Assembly: GCF_009914755.1 (NCBI RefSeq)
Contig: NC_060928.1
Direction: 5' to 3' (one strand)
DNA: 64,000 nt
From: the human T2T-CHM13v2.0 reference genome, Homo sapiens
Positions 43,209 through 64,000 of this stretch are shown piece by piece (within the stretch, counting starts at the first letter, position 1; every line of letters starts with the position of its first letter). The notes beneath the pieces were generated by a model, which worked only from the letters and a program-made list of their open reading frames with translations, was not told the origin of the DNA and did no database searches. The position numbers were made by a program, and so were the translations under genes.

Positions 43209-45135
43209 TCATTAGCTTGATTTTAAGTGAGAATATTATTTGGTATCTTACAGGATTCTCATGAAGATAAGAGAAGAATGTAGAGGCCCCTCGATACACA
43301 GAAGGGGTGCCATTTCTTATTGGACTCAAGCTTTTCTCCAGGGAGCTTTTCTGTTGAATTTTCTTTTCAGCACTGGGTCCACCAGGGGGCAGATGAAGAA
43401 AGGGCCTGGAGATTCGACGATGTCATTGGAGCACAGAGCGCCTCACTTTCAGACGTTGTAAATACTGCTTCAAAGTCAGTTCAAGAAGATGAATAAGGCT
43501 AGACATTTTAGTTGCCCTTGCTTAACCCTTTTCCTCTTTCACATAAATGATATTCTTCCACAATTTATCCAGTCCATTCCTGTCAATTTCCCATAAGGCA
43601 GAGTATGATTCTCTATGACGGAGAGGAAAAGAACTGATGTCTCAAATTTTCCCACTTTCTTATATAACTTCCTACAGCAGTTACTAATTACTGAGTACAC
43701 AGGAATATCTCACTCAACTTGGCAGTTTAATGAAGTTATCTGTTTTAAGCAGACCCGTTGTTCAACCTCTGTAACTATAACACTACAAAACAGACTTAAC
43801 ACATCCCAGGAGGGCAGGCATGGGGGAGCAGAGGAGGATCATTTCTTTTGGATGTTCCCTTTAAGAAAAAGAGGAAATAAAATCCAGAAAGGAAGTACTC
43901 CTCGCCTTTTACAGTTAGAGGGCAGAAAGATTTTTTGTAGCAAACAACGACATTAGATCTCTTCTTATGTCACATGCTTTTCAACATTTCCTGGGTGCTG
44001 TTACCCGGCTGCTAAACTTATTTGCTGTGTAACTAATGTTGTTTTAGTTTTTCCAGACCTAACTGGCACTGCTCCTACCCAAGCTGCAATCACATGGCTA
44101 AACAGGTCTGGTCAGTACATCATGACCATGCAATGTCTCATGCTTCAGATTCCATTCTCAGCTCCCCAAAGGGTCAGGAGAGTCTGGTGCTGGGATCCTG
44201 GCAGGAGCATGCTAGCAAAATTCAGGATTTCTTTAGCCAAGGAATGGCAGACTTCCAACCTGCATAAGCAGTAATTTTATAACTGAAACAGATGTAAAAA
44301 ACCGAGTGCATAACCTGAGAAAGAGAAAATGGAAGGACATCCCAGAGAAAAGGTGTTTTTTTTTTTAAGGAAATAAGGACAGAAAAATAAGAAGTAAAAT
44401 GTCTACAGCAGAGTCTTGTGTCTGTAACTCTCCCTCAAGCTGTGGTTGGAAAAGAACTTTCTTAAAAAGGTTTTCACAGCTCTGTAATGAACTTGCTCAC
44501 TCTGACAGCACTTTTGGTTGACCTGAGAATACACACAGCTGTGAGGCTGACCTTGTTTGGCCAGTGTCCTGACCTCAGGAGCCCTTACTGCTCAGGCAGG
44601 AATGGACTCAGCAGATGGCACCTGGCAGAGGCGCCTCCCAGGTGACGCAGCAACTTTCTTCGTAGAACCTGCTGTAGAACGAAACCTCTGGCTGCTGCCC
44701 TGCACCTTATAGGCCAGCTCTCTCACCCCTTATCACTGAGCATAAAGATCATTCTCACCCAGGCCACAAACATGCTCTTTGTTTCCAGGGCTTAGAGAAT
44801 CAGGGAAGGCTTCTAAGCAAAGTGCCATCTCCAATCCTGTAGGAGCAGCCAGGCCAGGGTGAGAGTGCTCTGGGGAGGGAGGCCAGCCTGTCCAAAGGCT
44901 TTGCAGTGAGCAAAAGCAGGATGCACTTTGGGAGCTGGAATAACTGAGGCATGGCTGGAACAGAGTTGGGGAAGTGTCAAGAAATGAGGCCAGGGAGGCA
45001 AGCAGGGGCCCTTCAGTTCCCTACTCCTCAAAGTGTAGCACAAAGACCGGCAGCACTGGTGTTCCCAGGAAGCTTGTTAGAAATGCAGAATTGCAGATTT
45101 AGTGAATCAGAATCTTCATGTTAAGATCCCCAGGT

Positions 45136-45426
45136 GGCTGGGCAAGGTGGCTCATGCCTGTAACCCTAGCACTTTAGGGGGCTGAGGCTGGAGACTCACT
45201 TGAGCTCAGGAGTTTGAGACCAGCCTGGGCAACGTGGTGAGAAACAAAAAAACCAACAAATTAGCCAGGTTTGGTGGTGCACGCCTGTGGACCCAGCTAC
45301 TTGGGAGGCTGAGGCAGGAGAATCCTTAAGCCTGGGAGGTCAAGGCTGCAGTGAACTGTGATCATACCACATACTCCAGCCTAGGCAACAGAGCAAGACC
45401 CTGTCTGAAAAAAAAAAACAAAAAAA
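45136..45426 (+). mobile_element. AluJ inserted in a MER5-like element (about 45020-45465)
   Basis: Dimer; flanks ttgttagaaatgcagaat and aggtgactagatgcacaat. Confidence 0.85.
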
Positions 45427-47266
45427 TTCTGAGGTGACTAGATGCACAATCAATTTCGAGAAGCCCCCCCCTCTCACTCCATTAAGCAGTTCAGACTAGG
45501 GAACAATAGGAAGCCTCTGGACAATGAAGCAGGAGAATCACATGGTAAGACTTGTGATTTAGAAAAATCTTGCTTGCTGCAGAATGGGTAAAGTAGCAGG
45601 GACCAATATAGGCAGCAAGGGGGCCAACTAAGAGGCTGGTGCAATGGTCCTGGCAAGACGTGGCCTCCGCCCTAAGGAGTGGGAATGGGGCATGGTGAGA
45701 GGTGGCCAGATTCGGTAGCCAATAGGAGACAGCAGCAACAGGAACTGGTGGCTGAGGCTGCCTGGAGCAGCCCTGGAACTTCTCCCAAATGTGTGGCCCA
45801 CTGACAGCTGGGCCCGGGTGAGGCCCAGGCGCTGGCAGCAGCACAGCAGGGTGGGGAATGCAGTATCAGTGGGTGTGGGACTCCAAAACCAGAGTCCTTC
45901 TGTGTCTGCACACGTCGCCTGGTGCAGAATGTGAGCAAACTGGTTTTCACGTATGCTCAGTGTGTGTCCCATTCACTGCACGGTGCTTCGCTGTCCCTGC
46001 AGCTGGGCTCTGGGGTTGGTACTTCTGTTGCTCACTCTCCAATTGGAACAAGCCACATGCAAAGCAGGAGGCCTGCCTGGAGTTCTTGGGGAGAAACACT
46101 GCAGCGTTAGTTAGTATCCAGCAAGGACAATTTCGGCCAGAGAAATCTGACAGTCAAACCCACTCCCCTTAGCCGATAAAAGTCTCAATAAAAAAGTGAC
46201 TAAGAACTTATATGCAAAATATGTTTATGAAAAAGAAATCCTGTTGTAGGCCAAGAACAGAATCCCTCTGCACCTGAAGAACACTGCTTAGAAGCAAAAT
46301 TCCTTTAGCAAGACTTCTACCTTTGAAGCAAGTCAACCAAGCAAAGGAGTTCACTGAGTCCAAAGGAAAACTCTAGATCGCTGTTTATGCCAAATACATG
46401 AATAATAAGATGGGAAAATTTCCCTAATTACTCTTGCTGAGTAAAGAAGTGAGTTTAATCTGAACCAACACATAGCGAGGCATCTACTGCAGGGTACAGT
46501 GGTGAAGAGTCAGCCAGGGCAGGGCACTGGGTCGGGGGTCCCTTTGGCAGGCTCCAGACTAAGCTGGAGTGGAGGTTTCTCAGCACTGGGCACCAACACC
46601 GCTCTGCTGACAAGAGTTGGAAGGATTGTCTCTATGCTGGGAGCCTAAGGAGAGTTCCCTCCAGTCAGATTCTGGGCTGCAAAACCATTTTCATAATAAA
46701 AGAAGAGGGGGCTGGAGGCTGAGGAAGGGGAGGGATGCTGTGGGCCTGACCAGTCGAACTGACCCATGGCCCTTGCCTGTTCTGGCCCTACTGGGACCTT
46801 CTGCTCTTTATCGACCTGTTGTGCACCGATGGGGGTCAGTGGCAGGTTTCTCTTCTGCCTAAGCTGCTGTGAAATGAAACAGCAACTGGAAATATGAAAA
46901 CATAAAAAGGAACTTCCAGAGTCCCTGGCATTTATCTTCCTTCACCTTATGGCATGACTAACATAGAACTGCAAACAGGTATAATTAAAGTGGAAAGTTA
47001 CCTGCACCTGATTGGCTGCTTAAGAGAACTTACTCAACAATGATTGGGCACTCAGGGTGCTCAAGGCATTGGGCTTTGCATCAGAGGGGAAGCAACAGCA
47101 AAAAGGTGATCCAGGCGCTCAGAGGCCTTGGAGTCAGAAAATCCAGCTCAGCCACTTACTAGCCATCTGAACTTGGACAAAATAGCTGATCCCTCCAAGT
47201 CGTTTCTCATCCGTAACAAGGAGGTAATACTTAAACAAACAAACAAAAACAAAAAACAGAAGTACC

Positions 47267-47587
<321 letters not shown>

Positions 47588-47599
47588 TCAGATAGCTCC

Positions 47600-49410
47600 C
47601 TAATCTTTCCACCCCAATCACCATGGGTCTACCTGACATCTAACCCACATTGCCAAGTCTTCTCTTGTTGTAATGGAAGAGTCCCTATCAATGGCCAGTC
47701 TCGCCACTATCGTTCAGTTCTAACCCTCCCCACCTCTCGAGCTAGCCCTTGCCTAAATCATTCTCTTTCTTTGCTGGATCACTCCCACCAGCATGTCATT
47801 CTACTCCAGTATCTCCCATCTTAGAAACCACCACTACCTGCAAGCAAAAGCGAACCTCTCAACCCCACATCTCTCTGCAGTTATCCATTCATGTCCACTT
47901 TCTTCACAGCAAAATAGAGCTATTTACCCTTTGTCCTGACCTCCTGGGAGTTCATTCCTCAATGTGCTCCAGCAGGCTCTGTCCTCCCTATTCTGCTGGA
48001 GCAGTTACTGGCAGGGTCACCACCACTGCTGAATGCAGTGGACTATCCCCACATTATTCTACCTTAAAAAAAAAATTCTCCAGACAGAGGTCTTGCTATG
48101 GTTGCCCAGGCTGGCCTCAAACTCCCGGCCTCAAGCAATCCTCCCGCCTCGGCCTCTCAAAGTGTTGGGATTATAGGCATGAGCCACCGTGCCTGGCAAC
48201 TTTTAACAGCATATGCTTTTAACAGCATATGCCTTAACCTGTGCCCCGTAAGCCCTTCCTGCAGTGCCTTTCTGCCTTGGCTGCAGGGACACTGCACTCT
48301 TGGTTTTTGCTCGTTCCTGCAAGGCAGGTAATTCTCAATCACCCTTGCAGGCTCCTTCTTTAACCCACTTGTCAGAGGGCCCCAGGACTCTGTCTTGGGT
48401 CCTCCTCTACTGCATTTCCTTTCTACACAGCTTCCCCAGGTTACCTGATAAGGTCCCACAGCTCTAAATCCCTTCTCTAGCTGATGGCTTTCTGAACTGT
48501 TCTCTCCAGCTGGAGCTGTCTCCTGAGTCAGAGCCGCAGACTGGTGTGTTATCTTCAAGTGGTGGTCTGACAGGAACGTCAAGGGAAAACTTCCAGTCCA
48601 AGCTCTTGATTCCCTCCTCCTAAACACATGCCTCGGCATCTTCCCCGCCTCAGTAAGCACAGCCCCACCATCTACCCCAGTATGCTCATACCCCAAGCCC
48701 TCTCTGCTCCTGGTTCCTCCCATGCAGTGGTTCTACCTCCAAACTGCTTTCAAATAAATTCCTTCTCCAGCCACTGCCACTTACTTGGCTCAAGCTGCCC
48801 TCGCACACTATACTATCTCCACCTGTCTCTGTGCCTCTCCTCTTATCCCTCAGCAGCTGTTCCCAAAAGGGGAATTCAAGGAATGTCACTCCTTGCCCCA
48901 AACCCTTTCCTCCTGACCCCAGTGGAAAACTGAGATTCCGTCTAGGGCGGCAGGGCCTGGTAACCTGCCCCCGCATCACCAACTTCTTTCCAGTCCACTC
49001 TTTCCCTTGTTCATGATGCTTTAGACACATCGGCTTCCTTTCAGTTCCTTGAATAGATCGAGCTCTTTCCCACCCCAGGGCCTTGCACCCACTACTTCTT
49101 TTGTTGGAAAACGTTTCCTCCAGAGCTTTGCAAGGCTTTCTGTTCATTCTTCGGCTTATCACCCCAAATATCACTTCCTCAAAGAGACCTTTTTCTGACC
49201 ACAACACTTAAAAATGGGCACTGTCAATACAGCTGCTTTCTTCAAAGCATCCATCACAATCTGCAGTATTCGTTTGTTTTCTTGTCAATTGCCTCCTTCT
49301 CTCTATTAGGAAGTAAGCCTCCCAAGGGCAAGGATCTCGTCTGCCACACTCACTGCTGCACCTCCACAGCATACAGTAGCACCTGGCACTTAGTTGACGG
49401 TAAATACATC
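47600..49410 (+). mobile_element. L2 remnant with an Alu monomer (minus, 48066-48197)
   Basis: Pyrimidine-rich L2 3' region ending gtaagcctcccaagggcaagga...cctggcacttagttgacggtaaata. Confidence 0.65.
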
Positions 49411-49620
49411 ATTATGGACCGGCCACTCGTCTAACAGGGGTTTTGTGAGAATTAAATGAGAGCATAAAGAGCACAGCATAGCATACTGCCCGTTAGCAAA
49501 TCCACAATACCTATAGCTATTACTATCGCCATGCTTGGTGATTCGTGGATGTTCTGGGGAATCACATGAACCTGCGTATCTGTGACTCATGCATATGTTC
49601 CTCCTAATACAGAGTATCTG

Positions 49621-49911
49621 TTTTGTTTTTTTGAGACATGTTGTTGTTCCGTCACCCAGGCTGGAGTGCAGTGGCAGATCATAGCTCACCGTACCCTTGA
49701 CCACCTGGACTCAAGGAATCCACCCACCTCAGCCTCCCAAGTAGCTGGGACTACAGGTGAATGCCACCATGCCTGGCTAATTGTTTTATTTTCTGTAGAG
49801 ATGAGGTCTCACTGTATTGCCCAGCCTGGTCTCAAATTCCTGAGCTCAAGCAATCCTCCTGCCTCGGCCTCCCAAAGTGCTGGGATTACAGGTGTGTGCC
49901 ACCACACCTGG
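49621..49911 (-). mobile_element. AluJ
   Basis: Reverse dimer. Confidence 0.9.
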
Positions 49912-50839
49912 TGAATGGTGTTTCTGTCAAGCTTTTGTTCTTGATGGATTTGGGGTTTCATTTTTGCTAAGTCATAAAACCAGAATAAAACTCTGGGAAG
50001 TGGCATTAGCCTCTACTGGGGCAAGGCAAAGTCATTAGACTGGAATCGAAACCATTTGTACTGAAGCTTGGAGGCAGAATTGTTGGCACCAGGCAGTCCA
50101 GGTCTTGTCAGGAAGTTCAGTGCCAAAAACACACATGAAGGAACAGCAATCCACAGCATGAGGTTTCGAGTGCAGTCTCTGGAGGCAGATGGCTAGCTCT
50201 AATTCTGTCTGGGGGCATGACGCTGATGAAATTATTGCTGTACTTCCATTTCGTCAACTGTAAACTGGAATAATGGCGGCATGTGGCTCAAAAGTTTGTA
50301 AGTATAAAATGGATAATCTATGTAAAATATTCCTGGCGTGCAGCAACACATTTTAATTATTCCAATAATCTACAAATAGGGAGTGGGACAAAACTATTTA
50401 ATGACCACATGCCAAAGAGACTTAAAAATAGATTGCTTTCTGAGTTTAGATGTAAAATGAGGGTATGGCAGAGCTGGGGCCTGGGAGGGGTCCCTGGGGA
50501 GCTCTGAGGGCAGCAGGGTGGCTCTTGCCAGACCCTCACTTCCCCACTTGGGCCTCCTGACTCAGGCCCTGCGGGGGACTTCAGCTCTCAGGGAAGTTGA
50601 GGAAATAAGTGGTATTAGCATGCCGGGGGCCTGGACGGAAGAAAGGACTGCCACACAGCCAGGCAAACAACCATCTTGGAATCAATCATATTTTTTCTTT
50701 TCTGTTCTGGCTGGAGAGAGACCACTGGGCTTTTGAGGTGGTTTTGATTTGAGGGAAGAAGCACCATCACATCTCTAGTGCTGTCGAAGAGGCACTGAAC
50801 CCAAGCAGGGGAGTGAAAATTAAGAATTAAAAACAGTGT

Positions 50840-51770
50840 TTAGGGATTAATATCTAGAATATATAGAGAACTCCCACAGCTCAATAACATAAAAACCCCA
50901 AGCAACTCACTTTTTAAAAATGGGCAGAGGATTTGAATAGACGTTTCTCCAAAGAAGAGATACCAATGGTAATCAAGCATGTGAAAAGACGCTCGACATG
51001 ACTGATCATCAGGGAAAGGCAAATCAAAACCACAGTGAAACAACACTTCACACTCATTAGGATGGCTACTTCTGAACATAACAGAAAACAAGTGTTAGTG
51101 ATGATGTGGAGAAATTGGAACCCTTGTGCGTTTTTGGTGGAAATGTAAAATGATATAGTTGATATGGCGAACAATATGGCATTTCCTCAAACAAAAATGA
51201 AACATAGAATTACCATATGATGCAGCAATTCTACTTCAGGGCATATACACAAAAGAATTGAAAGCAGGGACTCCAATAGAATTGTACACCAGTGTTCACT
51301 GCAGCATTATTCACAACAGCCAGAGGGTAAGAAGAGTGTGAGTGAGTGCCTATCGATGGATGAGTGGATAAACAAAACGTGGCTGATACATACAATGGAA
51401 TATTATTCAGCCTTGCAAAGGAAGGAAATTTCTGACACATGCTACAACATGGATGAACCTTGGGGACATTATGCTGAGTGAAATAAGCCAGTCACAAAAG
51501 GACAAACACTGTATGATTCCACTTATATGAGGTACCTAGTCAATTTAATAGAAACAGAGAATAAGTGGTGGCTGCCAGGAGTTTAACGGGAGGGGAGAAC
51601 GGGGGGTTGTTGTTTAATGGGTACAGAGTTTGCCTGGCAAGATGAAGAGCTTATGCAGCTGGATGGTAGTGATGACAGCACAGCAGTGTGGATGTCCTGA
51701 ATGCCACGGAACTGTACACTGAAAAATGGTGACGGTGCTAACTTTATGTGAATTTCACCATGATTTTAAA
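50840..51770 (+). mobile_element. L1MB-like 3' fragment
   Basis: gggattaatatctagaatatat...gaactgtacacttgaaaaatgg. Confidence 0.85.
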
Positions 51771-51928
51771 AGAGCCCAGTGTTTATTATCAACCTCATTG
51801 CAAGAGGAGCTTTGTTCAAAATTTCAAGTATTTGTTCAAAAGGTTTATTTAATGAATATCTATTAGTTTCTAAGCCCTGTGTTCAGTGCTAAGGGAGAGG
51901 GGAGAAAGGAAAGGCCTTAAGAACCTCA

Positions 51929-52409
<481 letters not shown>

Positions 52410-53039
52410 TTAATAAATAAAAGTGGAAGAATGGACAAGATAGCATCTGCACATGGCTTGATGTACACATCATCACACCAAACAGAATTTAAGACAGGAA
52501 ACTAGATTTAAACACAACAGGCTTGGAAGAAATTAGGGGGTTGATTCATTAATACCTGTGGAAAAGAAAATCTTTAAAATGGTAACAGAAGGAATAGGGT
52601 GGAGATAGAAGAAAAGAAACAAGAAAAAGTTGGCTGCTATAAAGAGACATCTGAAATAATTCTACAGTAAGAGAATGACTAAACAGTGCTAAAATACAAT
52701 AGTGGGATTACATTCACCACGGAATCACCAGTTACAGCCAGCGTCGCCTGAAATACATTTTCCAGCAAGGAAGCTGCATTTTCAGGACCTTCTCTGTTAT
52801 TCACACCATGACTTTCTTTTCCACAACCAGTTAGGACTTTTGCCACAGACAACCTGGTGGGAGGCTCGGGTCAGTGTCTGTCAGTGCCTGAGGCCAGCTG
52901 AGTTAGAGGAGGGTGACTAAGAAGAAAAGAAGACAACTGGGAAGGATTCCAGGCCCAGGGCCATTCTTGCTCTTCGCTTGTGCACATTACAGGCTGTTCC
53001 GAATATTAAACATGACATTAAAAAAGATGCCTCACTCAC

Positions 53040-54565
53040 CTGAAATGCAGAAATATTTATTTTGGTTTCCTTCATTGTTTTTGGAAATTTTGTTTTGGTT
53101 TATAAAACATAGAAATAGCCAACACTTAAAGCAAACATTCAAAACCCCAAGGTGACAAATTATTGACTTTTTGTGCAATTAAGAATACATATATGAAGTT
53201 AGGCTACCAAGTAGTGTTATTACAATGACAATTCTTTAGTGCAAGCCCTGTTGTGCTTGTATATAATACATGTACTCTCACAGACCCCAAAACAGCTGCT
53301 TTAAATGTACAAATGACAGCTCAATTCAGTCAAATGTGGCAAAGACTCACAATAAAGTGAACTGCTGTTAATTTCCCAAATTAACTTTAAAAAATCCCTG
53401 GAGAAGTGAATCCCAGGAAATGAACTTTCCAGATTTCTACATCCTAGAATTTTGGCTTGTCAAACACATTTCATAGAAATCAGGTAGCATTATAAGAACA
53501 TTTGCTTATTACTGTCCATTTCAATAAGTACTCAAGTATATACTCCCTTAATAGCTTTAAAGAAATGCTTGCCTGAGAGTTTATTTTTTGGGGAAAAAGG
53601 CAAGTTAATCCCAACATGATCTTTTGATATGAAAACCACATTAAAAATCTGTTGGCCTTTACACAGAGTGAGTGGTTCAGTGAAGATAAAGTAGACAGTT
53701 ATTCAGGCGTCACAGCTGAGCATGGCTGATCCAGGTAACTCTTTCTTGAAATGCTTGTCTTCACTATAGAATCTAAGGCAGATTTTTAAATAACCCCTGA
53801 AAAAGGATGGAGTCGGGGAATCAGGCCTGGAGAACCGAGTCCAAGAGCATTCTGCCATGAAAGAGAATCCACGCGTTCTGATGAGCACCCATTTGCCAGA
53901 GGCTCCTTATCTGCATGGTTCTGAGTTGGATCTGCCCTCCCGCTTACTGGAAACCTTATGCTCCAACAGAAACCACAGGGGACTGGAGAAGAACATGAGT
54001 TTCGTAACCCTTACGAATCAGAAGGGTTCTGTGAATGCCTGTGAGAAGGGACAGTAGCAGGGATTTAAAAAGATCTCTGGTCCGCTTGTGAGATTCTCCA
54101 GCCAGGACAGTTGTTCTTATTTTTAAAGGGAACACTTCCCTCTAGTGCACTGTACTCTTTAGAGCAGCAGACAGCTGCAGAATTTGCAGCAAGTAGCAGA
54201 CATCTCAGAGATAGCAAAGTCCTAACCCCTTGATTAGAAAAACAGGGAGACAGAAGATTTAAAACCCACTTTTTAAACTGAGGAAGTCTCAAATAACTTA
54301 GCACATTTATAGTATCCCCTTTACAATTTTTAAGGCTCATTTTGGAAAGTGTGTATTACCATAAACATGGTCTGCAACATGAGGTGACTGTAAGGCAGTG
54401 TTCTGTTTCCTCTAGCATTCCTATGAGAAGAACCCCGAATGGACAAGTCAAACACGAACGCTTCCTTCCCTACACTTGCTGTATTCAAAATTAACAACAT
54501 GAAGGCCATCAGCAGGAGAAGAGATTGTGGAACTGTGCCATTTCCTCTGAGCTTTCTTCTTCACA
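53040..54565 (-). other. ACSL1: ACSL1 3'UTR (about 1.5 kb)
   Basis: Repeat-free, AU-rich stretch between the stop codon and AATAAA. Confidence 0.85.
53056..53061 (-). terminator. ACSL1: ACSL1 polyadenylation signal AATAAA
   Basis: tttatt on + strand; likely CA cleavage near 53041, then G/U-rich sequence on the minus strand. Confidence 0.85.
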
Positions 54566-63428
<8,863 letters not shown>

Positions 63429-64000
63429 CTTTCAGGGAGGGAGAGTGGGAGAAGGTGAGGGTTACACACCTGGAAGTCGGCGGCCTCTCCGCCAAGGGGG
63501 CCTGCTTGGGACCCCGTTCCTTAACCCATAGCTGCAGACCACACGGAGGCCACACGGAGAACTCACAGCCCTCATGATGGCAGCACAGGGCTACGGTTTG
63601 TTTCCACCCGTGACTGCCCTGTTCCCTCCCAATGGGGATGGAAGTCAGCCCCACCTCTGCAGAAGCTATTTCAGGGAATTAGAACACAACTGGGCAGATC
63701 TGTGGCAACTACCACAATTCTGGCCTTCTGGGGGGCATGATATTGTTACACGTTATCACTCATGCTTGAAAAATTACCTCAAGAGTGACACGCTTGTTCC
63801 GGAAAAACGCAACAAAATGGAGAATGAGAAAGGCTCCACTACCCTGACTCCTTTTCCCCCTAGATGGCTGCAATACTATTGATCTTAGAAACTGAGGCCT
63901 CCTTAATGGCTTTGCCTTAGTTTTTAAATGTGTGCCAGAATTAACAAAAACATGTTATTCTCTCCCTTACCTTCCTCTCTCCCTCTCACAAAAAAGGCCC

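Noticed and set aside
43400-47100. Repeat-poor intergenic stretch as a possible hidden gene or enhancer
   Set aside because: No coherent exon structure or RNA-gene signature visible; enhancer status cannot be judged from sequence alone
48157-49207. 188-aa and 173-aa minus-strand ORFs
   Set aside because: Lie in degenerate L2/Alu sequence with no recognisable protein features

Overview
Primate, very probably human, genomic DNA matching the CENPU-ACSL1 locus (4q35.1 from recall). The minus strand carries CENPU (MLF1IP/PBIP1/CENP-50) exons 1-9 from its CpG-island promoter (ATG at 31821) down to position 115, and the last eight coding exons plus 3'UTR of ACSL1 (63428 down to about 53040). I traced all 17 exons by hand; they have GT-AG boundaries and continuous phases. 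The ~21 kb between the genes holds a defective HERV9/ERV9 provirus on the + strand (gag, pro, RT, RNase H, env-TM remnant, complete 3' LTR12; no 5' LTR or integrase), plus MLT2-like and MER50-like solo LTRs. The rest is Alu, L1, L2, MIR and DNA-transposon debris. I see no evidence of a new biological system. The best lead is architectural: the provirus lacks its own 5' promoter but starts about 1.6 kb upstream of CENPU in divergent orientation and keeps candidate splice and polyA signals. Exon numbers and repeat subfamilies are from memory, and repeat boundaries are approximate.
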